DNA from: Tubiluchus corallicola | Taxonomy: Eukaryota > Animalia > Priapulida | Direction of reading: 5' to 3' | Assembly: GCA_030141605.1 (NCBI GenBank) | Contig: JAQGDQ010000132.1 | Location: forward strand, 186,001-250,000 | DNA length: 64,000 nt | Shown here: positions 25,301-38,600 of the stretch, one piece after another | Numbering within the stretch: position 1 is the stretch's first letter | Layout: each line of letters begins with the position of its first letter | The notes under the pieces: model-generated | Told to the model about the DNA's origin: nothing | The model's input: the letters and a program-made list of their open reading frames with translations, nothing else | The model's database searches: none | Translations under genes and position numbers: made by a program

Positions 25301-28300
25301 TAAATCGAGACTGCTGTCCGCCATCTCAGGAATCAGAAAGTGCTGTCCGCTCTGGTGGTCAGGTTTACGGCCACAGACATAATGAGTTAAGCGATCAGTT
25401 ACTTCATATTGGCATTCCACTAAACGGTCAGCTAAATCAGGATGGCCACCCAATCTAAAATGAATAAGTATCAAAAATAATACAGCTTTCACTTCAGTTA
25501 AAAAAATCATAGAAATATTGATTATTTCCATTACTGGATGAACAATAACAGAAATATAACAATAATGAGAGAAGAACTAATTTACAGCTTGATTTTGCCC
25601 TTCAAAAAAACAGAGACACTTTTAGTTTTTTGCTAGTATATAAAAAGAGAAATCGAGTGTCAATGTGTCATTTCTGAAGAAAGCCTGGAACTTGATTTCA
25701 TGTGTTTTACTTGTCAGATGACTCCAGCAAAATTCAGTTCGTAGTTACAGCAGCACTTGTGTTTGGTTATCACTTGTCAGCATTGTTTACAAATTCAGCA
25801 TCACAAGAACAAAGCGGTATTCAAGGAAACTGTTGCTAGCACAGTTGTTTAACCTGCAATTTTCTGAAGTTTCACGAGTAAAACAGAACTAAACGTTTTG
25901 GGGGAAAATGCAACTTTGAGGTCCAATTTCATTAGGAAGGAACCAATGAAATTAAGTAAAATTAATGTGAAATTTTAAGTTACGGTTAGCTCTTTTAACG
26001 AAAGAGAACTCGTTTTTACATCAGATGTGACCTTCAAGTTACTATATCGATCCTCAATAAACAACACACCTAGCATACTCCATTGGTGTTTTATCGTGTG
26101 CATCAAATGCACCAGGATCTCCTCCATACACAATCAGCAGCTCCACCTGTGCAGGCTGACCAGCTTTAGCTGCAATGTGCAGGGGAGTGGTCCGACCTTT
26201 CTCCACATGGCAGAAGTTTGGATCTGCACCAAGAGCCAGTAATCGCAAGCTCGTCTCCAAGTTACTGGTTCGAACGCTGGCATGTAATTGCTGTAACAGA
26301 ATACATCGTAAAGAAATAACAGATAATAATGCAGAAAGCCATTCCTGCTTCAAAAATTTCTTCCTCCACGAGACTAATCTGTTTCTGTATCAACTAACAA
26401 ATAGCATTTTTTAACTCAAATAGAATCAACTATTGCAAGTAACACTTAATCAGTGTAATAAAAATAAACAGACTTTGTAGGAAAAGACACTGAATCATTA
26501 ATGTATGATGTATCTCTGGAGCTACTGAATGCTGTGTATTTGTATTGATACCATTTTTGGTCATTGATTAGTTAAACAAATGAGGTTAAAACACTGTGTT
26601 TCAAGGAGCACTGCACTGGTAATATAGTGTCAAGCAGAAAAGCCACACTGTCTGCAAAAATTTCTGAAATAAATCCACAATCAATCTGAATCAATTAAAA
26701 CGTCACCAATTCTATGTATAACACTTCAAAAAATTGACTGTAAAAATTTATTATTTTCAGCAAAAAACAAAATGACACAACAATAATTTAAAAAGGAACA
26801 CAGCAAGAATCAATAGAGCCAGAAAGCTGGCAAATGTGTAGAACTTTTATGTTCCCGAGCAATGAGACTTTTGTTTCAATAAATTTGTTTTCTTCATTCT
26901 ACGCTATCACATTTTACTCAGTCTCCTTAAAAATAAATATATTTTGCTATATTTGTCAAGCCAAATTAACTTTGCTGCTCTGGTTTGCACAAAAGCTCAT
27001 TACCTGGTTAAGATCGTCCAAGGTAAGCCCTGCATCATCATCTTTTAATCGCCGCACAAATGCTAACATCTGGTACTTTGCTCGAATAAAATCAGCTTTA
27101 ATAGGGCTGAAACAAATCCAGAAAACATAAAAAATACTATCACTTAAACACATGACAACAATACGAAATTAAAAAGTCTGAAAAAATTTGCTTCTTCACT
27201 GGGACTTGCACCCAAGACCTAGTTTCTCCAGGCAGTGAGTAACCATTACACAGAGTCAACTTGCAGTCAGTTAACAGTGGGCAATTAACTGCTATCAAAA
27301 TATACTTTTCAAAATTTATAAATGATATTTAATGCATATATAGCCCTGTTATATGGGTACATGACATTTGGGCATGGCCATTTGGGCACAGGACATTTAG
27401 GCACGGACATTTGGGGCAGGAGACATTTGGTCATGGGACATTTGGGCACAGGAACACTTGGGCACAAGACACCAACAAAATTTGATATTGTACTTAACAT
27501 TTTTTATTTTTCTTTATTAAATTTTTAACGATTCCCTATGTTCCACCCCCAGACTTTATTGAACTGTCATAATGTTTAATATTGTTATATAACACTGTCA
27601 TAATACCACGTAACAAAATTAAAACCAGTTAATTGCCTTTCTGCATTTTCTCAAACTTCAGTATTAGTGTATGTGTAGTATTTAAAATGAACAAAGCATG
27701 TCAGTGACATGAACAGTGAGATTTAGTTGTTCATTATTAGCAATGCTTATTCCAAGTGAGCAGACGATAACCTAACGTTAACGTGTAACTATTCATCAAG
27801 TGCTTGGTATGCTGTAAGATAAGTTGTTTATACAAGCTGCCTATTCGAACGAAAGCAGATCAATTAATGAGAAAACATACTTAATACATAATTATGACTT
27901 TCAACATTAAGGTTCTTCATGGCATCTCTTGTGAAATGCATGATTTCCATCTGCATTCAGCAGCAGAGTTTTTATGAACGGTGAATGTTTTAGTTATTTC
28001 TAGTGCCAATTACACGATCGTATTCACGAAAGTAATTATTTATTTGCTTACAGAAACTTTATGAAAATTCTAAAAATCAGCATGTAACTAAGCAATCAAA
28101 GAGGATACACCCAATAAGCCAACCATATACATCGTGTTTTGCAGTGCAACACACAAATTATTTCCTTGTTCAAGTCAGTGTGCCTTGATTCTGGTGTACA
28201 AATGTCTCGCGCCCAAGCATTTCGCACCCAAATGACCTGTCCCGTGTTATACATACATACATCAAAAGTGCTGTTCTATTAAAAGCAATGACACTACTAA

Positions 28301-31300
28301 ATAGAAAACTATTAACATAGGCACTTTCATGTGCGCATGCTGTACAAAACCTGAATAACTTTTTATAGAAATGTAATGTCGATGTCCCATGTCAAACATC
28401 AAACTAAAAATGCATCAGTTTTAGTTCACATTGATTTTAGTAATTATCAGAACGTAACTCCAACCATACAGCTATTAGTAAGCACAGTGTGGTATATAAC
28501 ATACAGTAATACTGGCAACAAGACAAAGCATTCTAAACTGGCACACGAGTAAATTATTTAATGTTGAGGCTAAAACTAAATGTGATATAAAACAAGAGCC
28601 AAAACCATTTTCAGAAATATTTTGCTTAACGGTGTCGTTGCTCTTACAAAAATCCGAGAAAGCCTTTCGTTAATCACATGCTAAATATTAGATAACGCGA
28701 AAAAGGGATAAGGAGAAATCAAAGCCCTAATGCCATATAAACTTTTGACATATGAAATGAAAATTATAGTTCAAGTAAGAAAAAAGCTTTGGCATGTTCT
28801 GTACTGATCCTGCAGCACAGTAAAATCAACTTATAAAGTTGATGTGGCAAAATGTTGTATAAATTATCCATCTAAACTGTATCTGACCAACTGCATTTTT
28901 TTCAAATGAATTCAACACAAAATCAAGGTTTTAGTACCCTAACTTATTGTCATTGATGCCAAAAAATTTGGGCATTTCCTTGTGACTATATAGGTAACAA
29001 GAAAGTACACAATACACACATAACTACAGTACACAATGCAAAATCAAAAGGTTTTGTTCATTGAATATTTTTGCACTTTGAGTAGTCCTTTTGCTCAAAA
29101 TTTTGAAATTTGTTTTACTGTCGCTGCACAGTATTTAAGGCAATGGGTTAACTTTTACGCGCTGATATGCATCTACTACGTGCTAGAGTTTATACAGCAC
29201 AATGGCTGCTGTCTCCTTTGTTTACTAGAAAAATTTATAAAAATCATTTATACTATAAATATTTAACAACTTTCGATATTGAAGTTACAAGATGCAATTA
29301 TCAAATTACCATGTGCTTTTTACATTTCCTATGTAGCCTGTATCGAAGTTCAACTTTTTAAATATTTTTCAACAATTTCGTTGAACACTCGTTACACAAA
29401 ACAATTAAACTCTAAACAAAAATAAAAAAATAATAAGTAAAATTTAGAACACTAACCATAAAAGAAATTATATTGTTTTCCAAGCTGAAGGAGAACAAAA
29501 ATTTGAATGGAAATGGGATTCATATTTAGCTTTAAGTAATCAAGAACCAAGAACTTGTGAATGCAAGTACTAAACATTGCACTTACTGCACTGGGTCTTT
29601 GGGTGTGGGTTTGCGGCGACCTGACTTGCCAGCTCCTGGATCCAAAAGATTGTGTTCCCAGACCGAGTTGGCACCATTGTTTACCAATGTATGAACCATC
29701 TAAGAAACAAAATGAAAGACACATGATGTTCATTTGCAAAATAAAATCAACATCACCTGCATAAACACTTAAATTACTTGTGATAATAACACACTAAACT
29801 TTTATTTTCTTACTAAATGCACTAAATTTACATTTAAAATATCAAAAAGCTCTCCTGAGAATTGTAATTTTGACATAATAGGAAATTTTGAATGCCCTTG
29901 TAGTCCCAAAATAACAGGTATTAAATTCAGGCCTTAATAAGATTCAAAATAATACAAAAATAAATGATCAAGTATACACTGCTAATTAAGAACACATTTC
30001 ACAACAAATTAACATTTAAAAAACCTAAAATAAAGTAGCAAATTACAAGCCTGGAATTCATACAATATTAAACTAAACAGTACACAAATAAAATTTGCGC
30101 AAACAGCTGGTCAAATATATCAGGAATTTTCTTACTGCTAATAGTGTTGGACTCCAGTATCCTTTCTTTAATGACTTCACCATGGAAATATGACGACCCA
30201 GGCTTCGATGTATGCTGCAGCATTCATCACAAATCAACACCCCACGGTTTATTGAAGCCCAACACGGGTCTGAAAAACAAGCAAACATGTAATCTAATGG
30301 GAGACTGAATGTGGGTGGTAAAAGAAAATCTACAATTACTGATATGAAACCTACAGGCACACAATAATAAGCAATTATATTAAGTACGAAAAACAAGCTA
30401 AACATGATGATTAGCTTAAATTTATTTATTTTCACTACTTAATCATAAATCTCTGAGACACAGTAAAATACTAATTAAAATCAAGATCAGTTCTATAAAA
30501 GCCCAAAACAAATAAAAAAATGCATATATGCTTTTCAAGAGCATCATCAGTTGCTGGAACTGTTATTGAGAAGGGTAGTTGACTCGATAACCAACGGTTT
30601 TTCACCACCCTTTCTCCTATGTCCTTCTGTATATCATGTACATACTACTGTGTATTCAATGTAAGCTAAAGGAGACAAATAAAATAATATCTATCTATCA
30701 TTAAACTGCTGTTAAGATCTGAAAACATGCATTATCAAAATTCCAGGGGATTAGCCACCTTAACTTTTCCAGACTGCAAAAACCCAAAAACATTCGCTTG
30801 TTTAGTATTGAGAAAGTATTGATGGCGGGTGATCTTGAAATCCAGGAAACAAGGACACATAGAAGGGCGCTGAACAGCTTGATCCACATGGCAAGTAAAG
30901 CCGAGTTGGGAAAAAGCAAATATTCTTTACCGCAACTATTTCTGATCTGTTGATTTAGTATAGAGTTGCAGATCACGATGGGAGAAATTTTGCTGACAGG
31001 AATTCATAGGAAACACCCCAACCAATAGTTCCAACTGTTCCAGAGTCCTATACTAATTGAGAGCACATTAATTGTCTAAGAAAGTCATTACCAACAAACC
31101 AACATGCCACAAACAGTTGCTTATCTTAAAAAAGCAGAGGCCGCTAAAAGCACACTATAAACAATCTCTACCTAAAGATAATACATACGGATTTAGAACA
31201 GCCTGCTAAAAATCCAAACAAGCTAATGAAGATTAGAGTTTATGAATGAAGATAAATAGCTGTCACATGGAATAATGACATATATATTGCGTATTTGACC

Positions 31301-33895
31301 TTTGAATGACTCTTTGATTGCAGCTTAATTGAAAGATGGTGTGAATTAAATCCTCACAAGCATTTCTTGACCATTTACTTAATAAACATATAGTTCAGAA
31401 CGTTTGTTTTTGGCCCATTGTCAAAAATTTTTGTGCACAACAGATCTCTACACATATCCACAGAACAAAATCCCATCATGAAATATACCAAACATTGTTG
31501 TCCTAGCTACAAAAAAGTCTGTCAATAGGTACAGAGTAAGACATTTGAGGAATGCATTATGGACAAAAGGTTGAAGGCCACAAACCTGCAGTCAATGTAG
31601 AACAACAATGCCTCCATAAATATAAATATATATAAGTATCATGTTTAGTTTTGCATCTTAAAGATATAATTCAAACTGTGTGCAATGCAATGACTCTCAG
31701 GGACGACAAAGAGTACCACCTAATACACATACACTTAACAACGTAAAAATTTCAGTACATAGGTAAATATTATTAAAGTCATAGCTCTTGTACAAAATGT
31801 TTTAACAATGTACATCACAGAACATAGCAATGAATAGTGTAATTAGTAAGCAGAGCTGTGGATAAAAAATCAAATCAATCAAATCAGAGAAAATAAGCCT
31901 ACTACAGTATACATATGTAATCTGTAAACACAAGCAATATTTGTTTTGAAATCTTACAATCATAATTGCAGAAAAACGCCATTTCAATATTTTACCATAG
32001 TTCCTTTCTAAAATAATTATTCATAGTTTTTGCTATGATTCATTAATGGTACAGTCAACTAGCAGTGGCGTCGTGCTATAGGGGCCCGCCCCCCCCAATT
32101 TTTTAGAAAATGTCAAAATGGCAAACGGTGAGCAAATTTATTTCCGACTTTTTGACACACAATAGCAGGCCAGCGCTCCCATAAATGCGAACAGTATGAG
32201 CGTTTCGGTACAGTAGCCCAATAATATTTTTTATCATTAAAGTTTGTCGCCGAGTTAAATTATTCTGCCTGTTAATACGTACCTGACCAGATGGTTTACC
32301 TGAAAGTCAGGATGTAGTTAATTTGTTTGCATGTAATCTATTCAGGAGGCAGGCAAGAACAGTTAACAAAGCAGCTCGTTGAGTAGCATTAGGGTCTTTG
32401 CACAAAAGACTGTTAGTTAACAAAACGCCTCAGTTAGCACTCGAGCTTCGTTCAGCAGTGTGTTATAATAGTGAACAAGTGAAATAATAGAGCAAAAACA
32501 ATGCAAACATAGAAGTCATGTTGAGCTAGCCTAGTACCAGAGAGTCAGTTTGTCCAGCTAGCCTAGTACCAAAGAGTCGGTTTGGGAGATACAAATTGAT
32601 GAGCCACCTCCTGATTGGACATTACCGACTCTTTGCTACTCCTTAGCGACTCTTTCCCACGAGTTTGCTGGATAAAAGGGCATGATTTTGAGCACATTTC
32701 ATCATTTTTGTCCTACTAGGTCTTTTCGCCGAATCTTTGGATTCCTGACAGCTAATAAATACTTAATTAAATTTTAATTTAATTTTAATTAAGTTTCCGT
32801 TGCTATAGCTTTAAGTTAAATGCCAGTTAGGAATAAATAAATTGTTTTTCTTGCACGCAAAATACTTGTGTGGGAATTCAAGATTATACGTTTTTTAAAC
32901 AGTTAAGTTCCGCCATTATATACAGTCGGGGCCCCCCAATTTTTTTTTGGTGCACGACGCCCCTGTCAACTAGAAAAGTGGTAACTATAGTTTTAGAAAA
33001 AAATATAAACAAAACACATATAAATATAAAAAGTTTATTAGCTGTTGTTTAATAAATGGAGTTAATTAAAAATTACGAATAATACCAACTCCAGCGTTTC
33101 ACACCAGACTCAGAAGTTTCACACCAGAAGCATTTATTGGTAGAGCATTAACCAGCTCTGTTGGCAGATTATTCTAATTGCTAATAATCATGTTTTTGTA
33201 CTTGGTAATATTAACTAATCGTTTTAACAATTTACAGTTTTTCCTGTTGTATCCTAACTGTTTAACAGGTGGCAGTAAGTTATCTTTCCTGGACTGTTTG
33301 ATTCTGTGTAGCAAACAATGTGTCTGCAGTAGATCTGTTCTTTTCCTTCTAACTTTTAAGGATTGGCTATTGAATGATGATTCCATATCCTTTTAATAGC
33401 CCTCTGGCTGATTTGGTGGCCTTTCACTGAATATCTTTGATAGCCTTGCAATAACATAATGTGAACTCTATACCATTGATACATATTCCAAGTGAGATCT
33501 AACTAAAAATATATAATTTCCTAAACATGTTGCTATCCATGAGTTTTAAAAAGCTCGTGTATCCTAATGTTTGTTCTGTTCCCCCATCTTTGAGCACTTC
33601 TTTTGTTATCAGTGCACTTGATGATATGCATAGGCTTTGCAGACCAGCTAGGTGAGAACTTGAAAAAACTTTCCTGCGCAGCCTAATGCCAGTAATGGTT
33701 TACCTACATAATCATGGATAGACAAACGTGACAGTAAAAACGTGCTCGTGTAGCTTGTGAGATTAGCATAATCTTAGAAATAATACCATTAACATCACCA
33801 AGCATTATAATTATTAATGAAGTAAACTAGGCTTTACCAGAAGCAGTACAATCAGCACAAATATCACTCGGATTTCGTATCTTTCCTCTAGCCAT
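13380..33895 (-). CDS. GIT2: ARF GTPase-activating protein GIT (GIT1/GIT2 family): ArfGAP, ankyrin repeats, SHD, coiled coil, paxillin-binding domain; about 761 aa
   Basis: 17 phase-consistent GT-AG exons: 33838-33895, 30136-30269, 29587-29699, 27004-27106, 26070-26290, 25262-25454, 23804-23901, 22853-23049, 21760-21956, 20710-20766, 19977-20126, 19634-19855, 18955-19008 (possible cassette), 16540-16601, 15869-16027, 15089-15152, 13380-13583; total 2286 nt. Motifs: CADC..DP.WASINRGVLICDECCSIHRSLGRHIS, PFLPVNPEYSSTRNQGRQKLARFNAREFATLIIDIL, YDSVASD, TEGITKKIQELL, IQCAYDIAKSAK.LVT. Confidence 0.96.
15511..15589. repeat. Short inverted repeat / mini-MITE hairpin
   Basis: actagcatg(cca)gggccagcag pairs with ctgctggcccatgctagt: about 18-bp stem, 3-nt bulge, roughly 30-nt loop. 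Confidence 0.6.
17269..18065. mobile_element. Non-autonomous hAT-like DNA transposon
   Basis: TIRs caggaccggctcta / tacagccggccctg; degenerate 8-bp TSD gccagtcg / gacagtcc. Confidence 0.7.
18442..18859. mobile_element. Non-autonomous hAT-like DNA transposon
   Basis: TIRs caggggcatagcca / tagctaagccacta; flanks atagtgca / atatgcac resemble a decayed TSD. Confidence 0.6.
23969..24514. mobile_element. Kolobok-like non-autonomous DNA transposon (TTAA TSD)
   Basis: TTAA|aggaaacctggacgattgt ... acaattgtccggtttccct|TTAA. Purine (AG) termini with a TTAA TSD fit Kolobok rather than piggyBac (CC termini). Confidence 0.7.
24377..24900 (+). repeat. Tandem duplication, two copies of 261 bp (period 263)
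   Basis: 24377-24637 is repeated at 24640-24900 with about 8 substitutions by eye. The unit includes the right TIR and TTAA of the Kolobok-like element plus about 120 bp of flank. Confidence 0.95.
27354..28244. mobile_element. Foldback-like non-autonomous DNA transposon with subterminal ~15-bp tandem repeats
   Basis: The left end has about 8 copies of ggacatttgggcac(a/g) (27360-27470); the right end has 3-4 inverted copies ending cccaaatgacctgtcccg. Identical 7-bp flanks tgttata at 27347-27353 and 28245-28251. Confidence 0.75.
30576..30700 (+). mobile_element. LINE (L2/Crack-type) 3' tail; related tails at about 43913-44035 and about 55331-55435
   Basis: gttgactcgataaccaacggtttttcaccacc..agacaaataaa..(tatc)n is similar to gttgacttggtgacccttggtcttttcgccacc..agacaaataaa at 43914. 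Confidence 0.5.
32063..32965. mobile_element. Non-autonomous hAT DNA transposon with nested MITE remnant (about 32525-32660)
   Basis: TIRs cagtggcgtcgtgc / gcacgacgcccctg; perfect 8-bp TSD tcaactag at 32055-32062 and 32966-32973. Internally, gctagcctagtacca(g/a)agagtc is duplicated and has an inverted partner ccgactctttgctact. Confidence 0.88.
33175..33700 (+). mobile_element. Degraded Penelope-like reverse transcriptase fragment
   Basis: LYPN...KLSFLDCLI...SV...TF...LL.DS resembles the PLE RT C-terminal motif (hp.l.ft.E....LpFLDv.i......TsvyrKpT..g.yl.f.S). Many stops and frameshifts follow. Confidence 0.4.
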
Positions 33896-34304
33896 AATTC
33901 AAACAACAATAAATATTTATTTCTATTTATAAATTTAGTTGTTTTACAACAAAACTTGCATCACTTTCTTCCAATATGAAATGAACGATTGAACCATCAA
34001 GGCATCAACAGTCAACACTCGACACTACACTCTACAAGCCATCGTCCAGGCTCACCTAGTCAAAAACTGCTAAATTTTGCTCCGATTCGCCAGCAGTATT
34101 ACAAATATTTTTCACGTAATTTAAAAGCGTTGTGCTTATACATTTAGATTAAGTTTGACCACTTGTTCTTTGTTAATTGTGAACTTAAACGTATGCCGAA
34201 GCAGCTAATGCCGTGTAAAGTGATTGCAATAAGAGGATAAATTGATCATGTGAATCAAGTACTATCAGTCTATCGCCTATGTATCGATGCATGCTTAAAG
34301 CCGG
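33896..34304. promoter_or_regulatory. Bidirectional GIT/RHNO1 promoter with the RHNO1 non-coding first exon
   Basis: GIT ATG at 33895 (-). A strong donor CGG|gtaagt at 34305 (+) pairs with the acceptor cttatagcag| ending at 35560. About 400 bp separate the GIT start codon from this donor. Confidence 0.55.
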
Positions 34305-35084
34305 GTAAGTGTAATTGTTTAAATTTGTTAATATTAAGGGTACATTTGCATTGCGTTTTTCAATTTTATTGCATAATAATGTTGTGGTAGATGGAATTAC
34401 AATTCGTTTATTTAATTCACCCGTTTATAAAACTATTGGTGCAATCTTATATAATTATAGTAGCATTATAATTAACATTCCATTGCTATGTATAGGTGAA
34501 GGGGTGGCGAAAGGCATGATAAGTCATTGAGTCAGCTTCCCCAAAATTTACTACAGTGTTGACTATTATTATGAAGAAAGAAAAATTTGCAAATGGTTCT
34601 CTTTACCCACAATATATAATGTTTACATAAAATATTATAAAAAGTATGTGCCTATTTATTAATGTCACTAACTTTGAGTGGGTACTTTGAATTATACATC
34701 ATGTATCTATTACTAGTATTAGTATTAGGTATTGATGCTGCACTTGCATTATATAAATTTATATAATCATGTACATATATAATTATTTGTATAAGAATAT
34801 ACATATCATATACAAGTACACACATACAAACATTATACACATCGCATGACTATGGATATTTACAGTATTTACTCGAGCAGCAGTCCTACACGTCAAGGAA
34901 ATGAGAATTATTACTATAAGTGCAAATTAATGGAGCAGTAGATACTCAATATGCTAAGCGAATTATGAATTTATTTCCTTTCATAAACTCCTTTTGGGTA
35001 TCAAAGTATTCACAGTAGAAAACTTGTGATTAAATGCAAAAGCAAACCACCTACAAGGTCAGCAGTTAAAGAATTTGCACAACA

Positions 35085-35103
35085 GTGCTGCCATCTAGCA
35101 GTG
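35085..35103 (-). promoter_or_regulatory. CTCF-like binding motif
   Basis: Minus strand cactgctagatggcagcac matches the CTCF core (C)CA(C/G)(C/T)AG(A/G)(G/T)GGC(A/G)(G/C). Motif match only. Confidence 0.4.
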
Positions 35104-35608
35104 AAAATAATTCAGTAAATACAATAATAATATAAACATACCGATTTAGAATGAAACTCATAAGTCGTCCCTTTCCTTTGAATATCTATCTGGTTGTAAT
35201 CCCTTTTGTTTTCTATGTCCGATTTTTGTTCATTATAAGCCCTGCTTTCTGAATGGCTGTACCCTTCTAGAATTATATATGAAATCCTAATTATCTAACT
35301 AACTTAGTTACAAAGTTATTATTATTTAAACTATTAGTTTCCTCATTATTATGTCTTTACAATATATGAGTGTATTATGTAACATTGGTGTTTATTTTAT
35401 TATTATTATACTGTGTGAAATATGAAAGCAAAACTAGGCATAAACTGATCATCCCAGTAATGTGACTTCTCCAGTAACTTAACGGCCACTGAGTACATTG
35501 AGTAGAAGTGAATGTAAAGTTTAAAGCTTTTAAGTTGCCTTATTTGTGTTCTTATAGCAGGGAATTTGCTACTAGGAATAGAGAACAGCATATCCACTCA
35601 GCGTGACT

Positions 35609-38600
35609 ATGCCTAGACGTAAACGACGAAATGAGAATAAGGCACCGCTTGTGTTTGCTGAAAGTCCAGTTCACCTGAGAAGGAACGCTTTCAGCCCCAT
35701 ATATGGAGCAATCAATCCAGTGACTGCTAAAGTGATTCCTGTGGATGAAACAAACTGTACATGGGTAAAAATATAAAAATCTCCATAGAACTTTAATATT
35801 TTATGTGTAAAATTTAATGAGTAACGTGATTAATGCAAAACCTGACCCAATCTTAAACTGTAGGTCAAAACAATCCACTATTTAAAATATTGAAAGGAAA
35901 CATACTATTTTTTCAAAAATGACTTACGTGAAAGAATTGTTACCACTCAAACACAATTTTGCACTCGTGCCACTAGTTCTTTGCTGTTACATGCATCTCA
36001 ACATTAGCTAGCTAGATTGTCACTAACGCCTGCATTTCGGAAATGCACAAAAACAGGTGCTGTACCTTTCAGTTCAGACGTATTAGTTTGTGATGAACTG
36101 CACACATTCGACAGCTCATGCGTGATTTGATTTTTCAGTTTTTATCTTAATACTTGCCTAGTTTTAGTACAACACACTGAATGTTTTACAGTGGCACTGT
36201 ACTTTAATTTTCTCTTTTGCAAATAATGTTAGTTCGTGATGTCATCAGTAGTTGGGCTTGCCCTTCATTAATTAAGTTTTTGATCTGTTATGATGGAGCT
36301 CCATCTGTTGGTGCTGTTTTCTGTTTTCTGGTCTTTTAACTTTCTAATTCTGATTCCAAGGTTATAGTTGAAAAGCAGTCAGTCTGAGAATATCCTTGGT
36401 TCCAGGTTTTTCAGTATTAAAAACTGATTCACTGTAGAATGTGCAAATAATATCTTGGAGAACGTGGAATTTTAATTCTTGGTAGTATATATACTTCGTA
36501 TTTCAAATATGGCAAACAAACAATCTGAACTGTTGTTGAGTGTCTGCCATTAACAGTACCGAAATAATTTTTTTCCAGATTTCACCTCATTTTCGCTTCC
36601 CTGTGACGCCGTCACAGAAGAAGAGCAGGCGGAAAAGTAACTCTACCATTGATACTGGCCGTGACAATCAGGAAACTGTCTCTGTTCATACGTAAGATAC
36701 TTGTTTTTTAAAATTTGACAGATTCAACATCAACAGGCCTGTAATGACAGATCGATATATCGATGCTCGTGATATATTTTATTATGATTATCATATTGTC
36801 AAAATGCACCCGTATCATGTTAATCTGAGTCAATGATATTTAGCAATGTGGCATGCGCTTTATCGTACCTGATAAAACTTATATGAAGTGATTCAAGTTG
36901 CAGCTGTAGAGTGTACTACAAATAACTATCAATCAGTGCAGTGAGCAGTAGCTGACTTAGCCAGCAGCCAAAGCAGCTGAAAATGCAAGGTGTTTAATCT
37001 GTAGTAGGCTACTTACGTTGTTTACATATAAACTTATGAAATGGCAAAAGTGAACCAGAAAATGCACTGGCAACTTTTAAATCTATAATATTGACATGTT
37101 TTGCATTTTTGATGGCTTACAGTGCAATCAACAGCCTATACATTACATAAGCAATCAATAAGAATCAAACAGTTTGTGGAGTTAATATTAACATTTAGCA
37201 GTCCCAAAACTGTTGATTGGTAAAATATGTTTAGCATTTATTATCAACAATTTCATCTAGTTTTTTACTAAAACCTGCCAACGTAAACTCGGGTGTATCA
37301 TGATACGTATCACATAGTGAGGTTCGTATCGTGATATGCATCGTATTGTGACCTATGTGTATAGTTGCAGCCCTGGTCAATAGAGCTCTATCTAGTCATT
37401 GTTTCCATGAAAATGTTTTGTAAATTATTGTAACGTGTTGTGTCAAACTTGATGAAGTAACAGGTTATGATTGGCAGCAACTTCAAATTAGTTCTATGTG
37501 TCTTAAAATGCAAATCTTATACCAATTTAAAATTTTCAAAGAATGTAAAAAGAAAATGTTAAAGAACAAAATTATAGATTGTTTTACTAAATCAGTGATC
37601 GATTATAGATTATTTATGAACAGCCTGTCAATCTGTGAAGTGGAAACCTTTTTAGATAGAGCAAAGAATGAGTTGAAAAAAATAAAAACTTTCAGTCCAT
37701 CCATGACTAAGAATCACCCACTAATTAAAAACTTCAAAGATGCCCAAATATCTTGAATTGGGTTTGGCTAATATTTTGTTTGTGCTGGCAGTAAAACTAT
37801 CAAGTTGTATGTCATTCTGTCTGCCAAGATCATCGTACTCTTGTTTGTTTTATCAGAAATTTTTCATCTTACCATATAATAGTCAAAAATCAATATTTAA
37901 CTTAACAGTTTCTTTGTCTTGCAAAGGCAAACTATACAGGCTGTAAAATACTGATTTCAACAATTGGAAGAAATTCAGTACTAGTGCCATATTGCAACAC
38001 TACCAGTTTGCAAAAACTGCCTTGGGGACGAGGTGTTTGTTTCAATTTTTTCAACCAGTAAGTTAGAGCAGTTATTTTCAGAGTTGATTGTGCTGATTAG
38101 TTCACATTTATATTATAACACAACCACTAAACACACTGCAAACTAGCTAGTTAATTACAATAGATAGAAGTTCATTGTATATATATAATAATATATAATA
38201 TCATTTTGTGTGAAGCATATATACAGGCAGACTACGATAGAGATTACTACTGAAGTGCACTCATGAGCAACAAAAACCGTAGCGTAGTTCCATCTCACGG
38301 TTCAGGTGTGAGGCTGATTCAGAAGATACGATTAAGTACCATTGTTAGGGGAAATACAGCAATCGTTGCAAGAATTTCTATGGTGTCCAGTTGCAACAGC
38401 TTGTACAGTTTTATGTCAGTTTGACATTTATTTTTTGCAGGTTCAGATCTCGTAGGCTGTTGCCATTACCTTTTGTGGGAGATCGGCCCATTGGTTCAGT
38501 ACAAAGTTTTGCACATCAGGATGATGCAGCAGACTGTAAAACAACACGACGCATCACCAGACAAATGTCATCAAGAAGAAAAAACTATTTACAAAGTCAA

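Noticed and set aside
27360-27475. Regular short repeats resembling a CRISPR array or a GHLGT-repeat protein
   Set aside because: Tandem ~15-bp units without unique spacers in a eukaryotic intron; these are subterminal repeats of a DNA transposon.
30701-31100. Coding-like segment in GIT intron 1
   Set aside because: Only vague resemblance to LINE linker or Pao motifs; it cannot be assigned without a search.
37496-38060. Possible extra RHNO1 exon(s)
   Set aside because: The acceptors tested near 37905-37950 give in-frame stops in the required phase; 36691 splices in phase directly to 38441.
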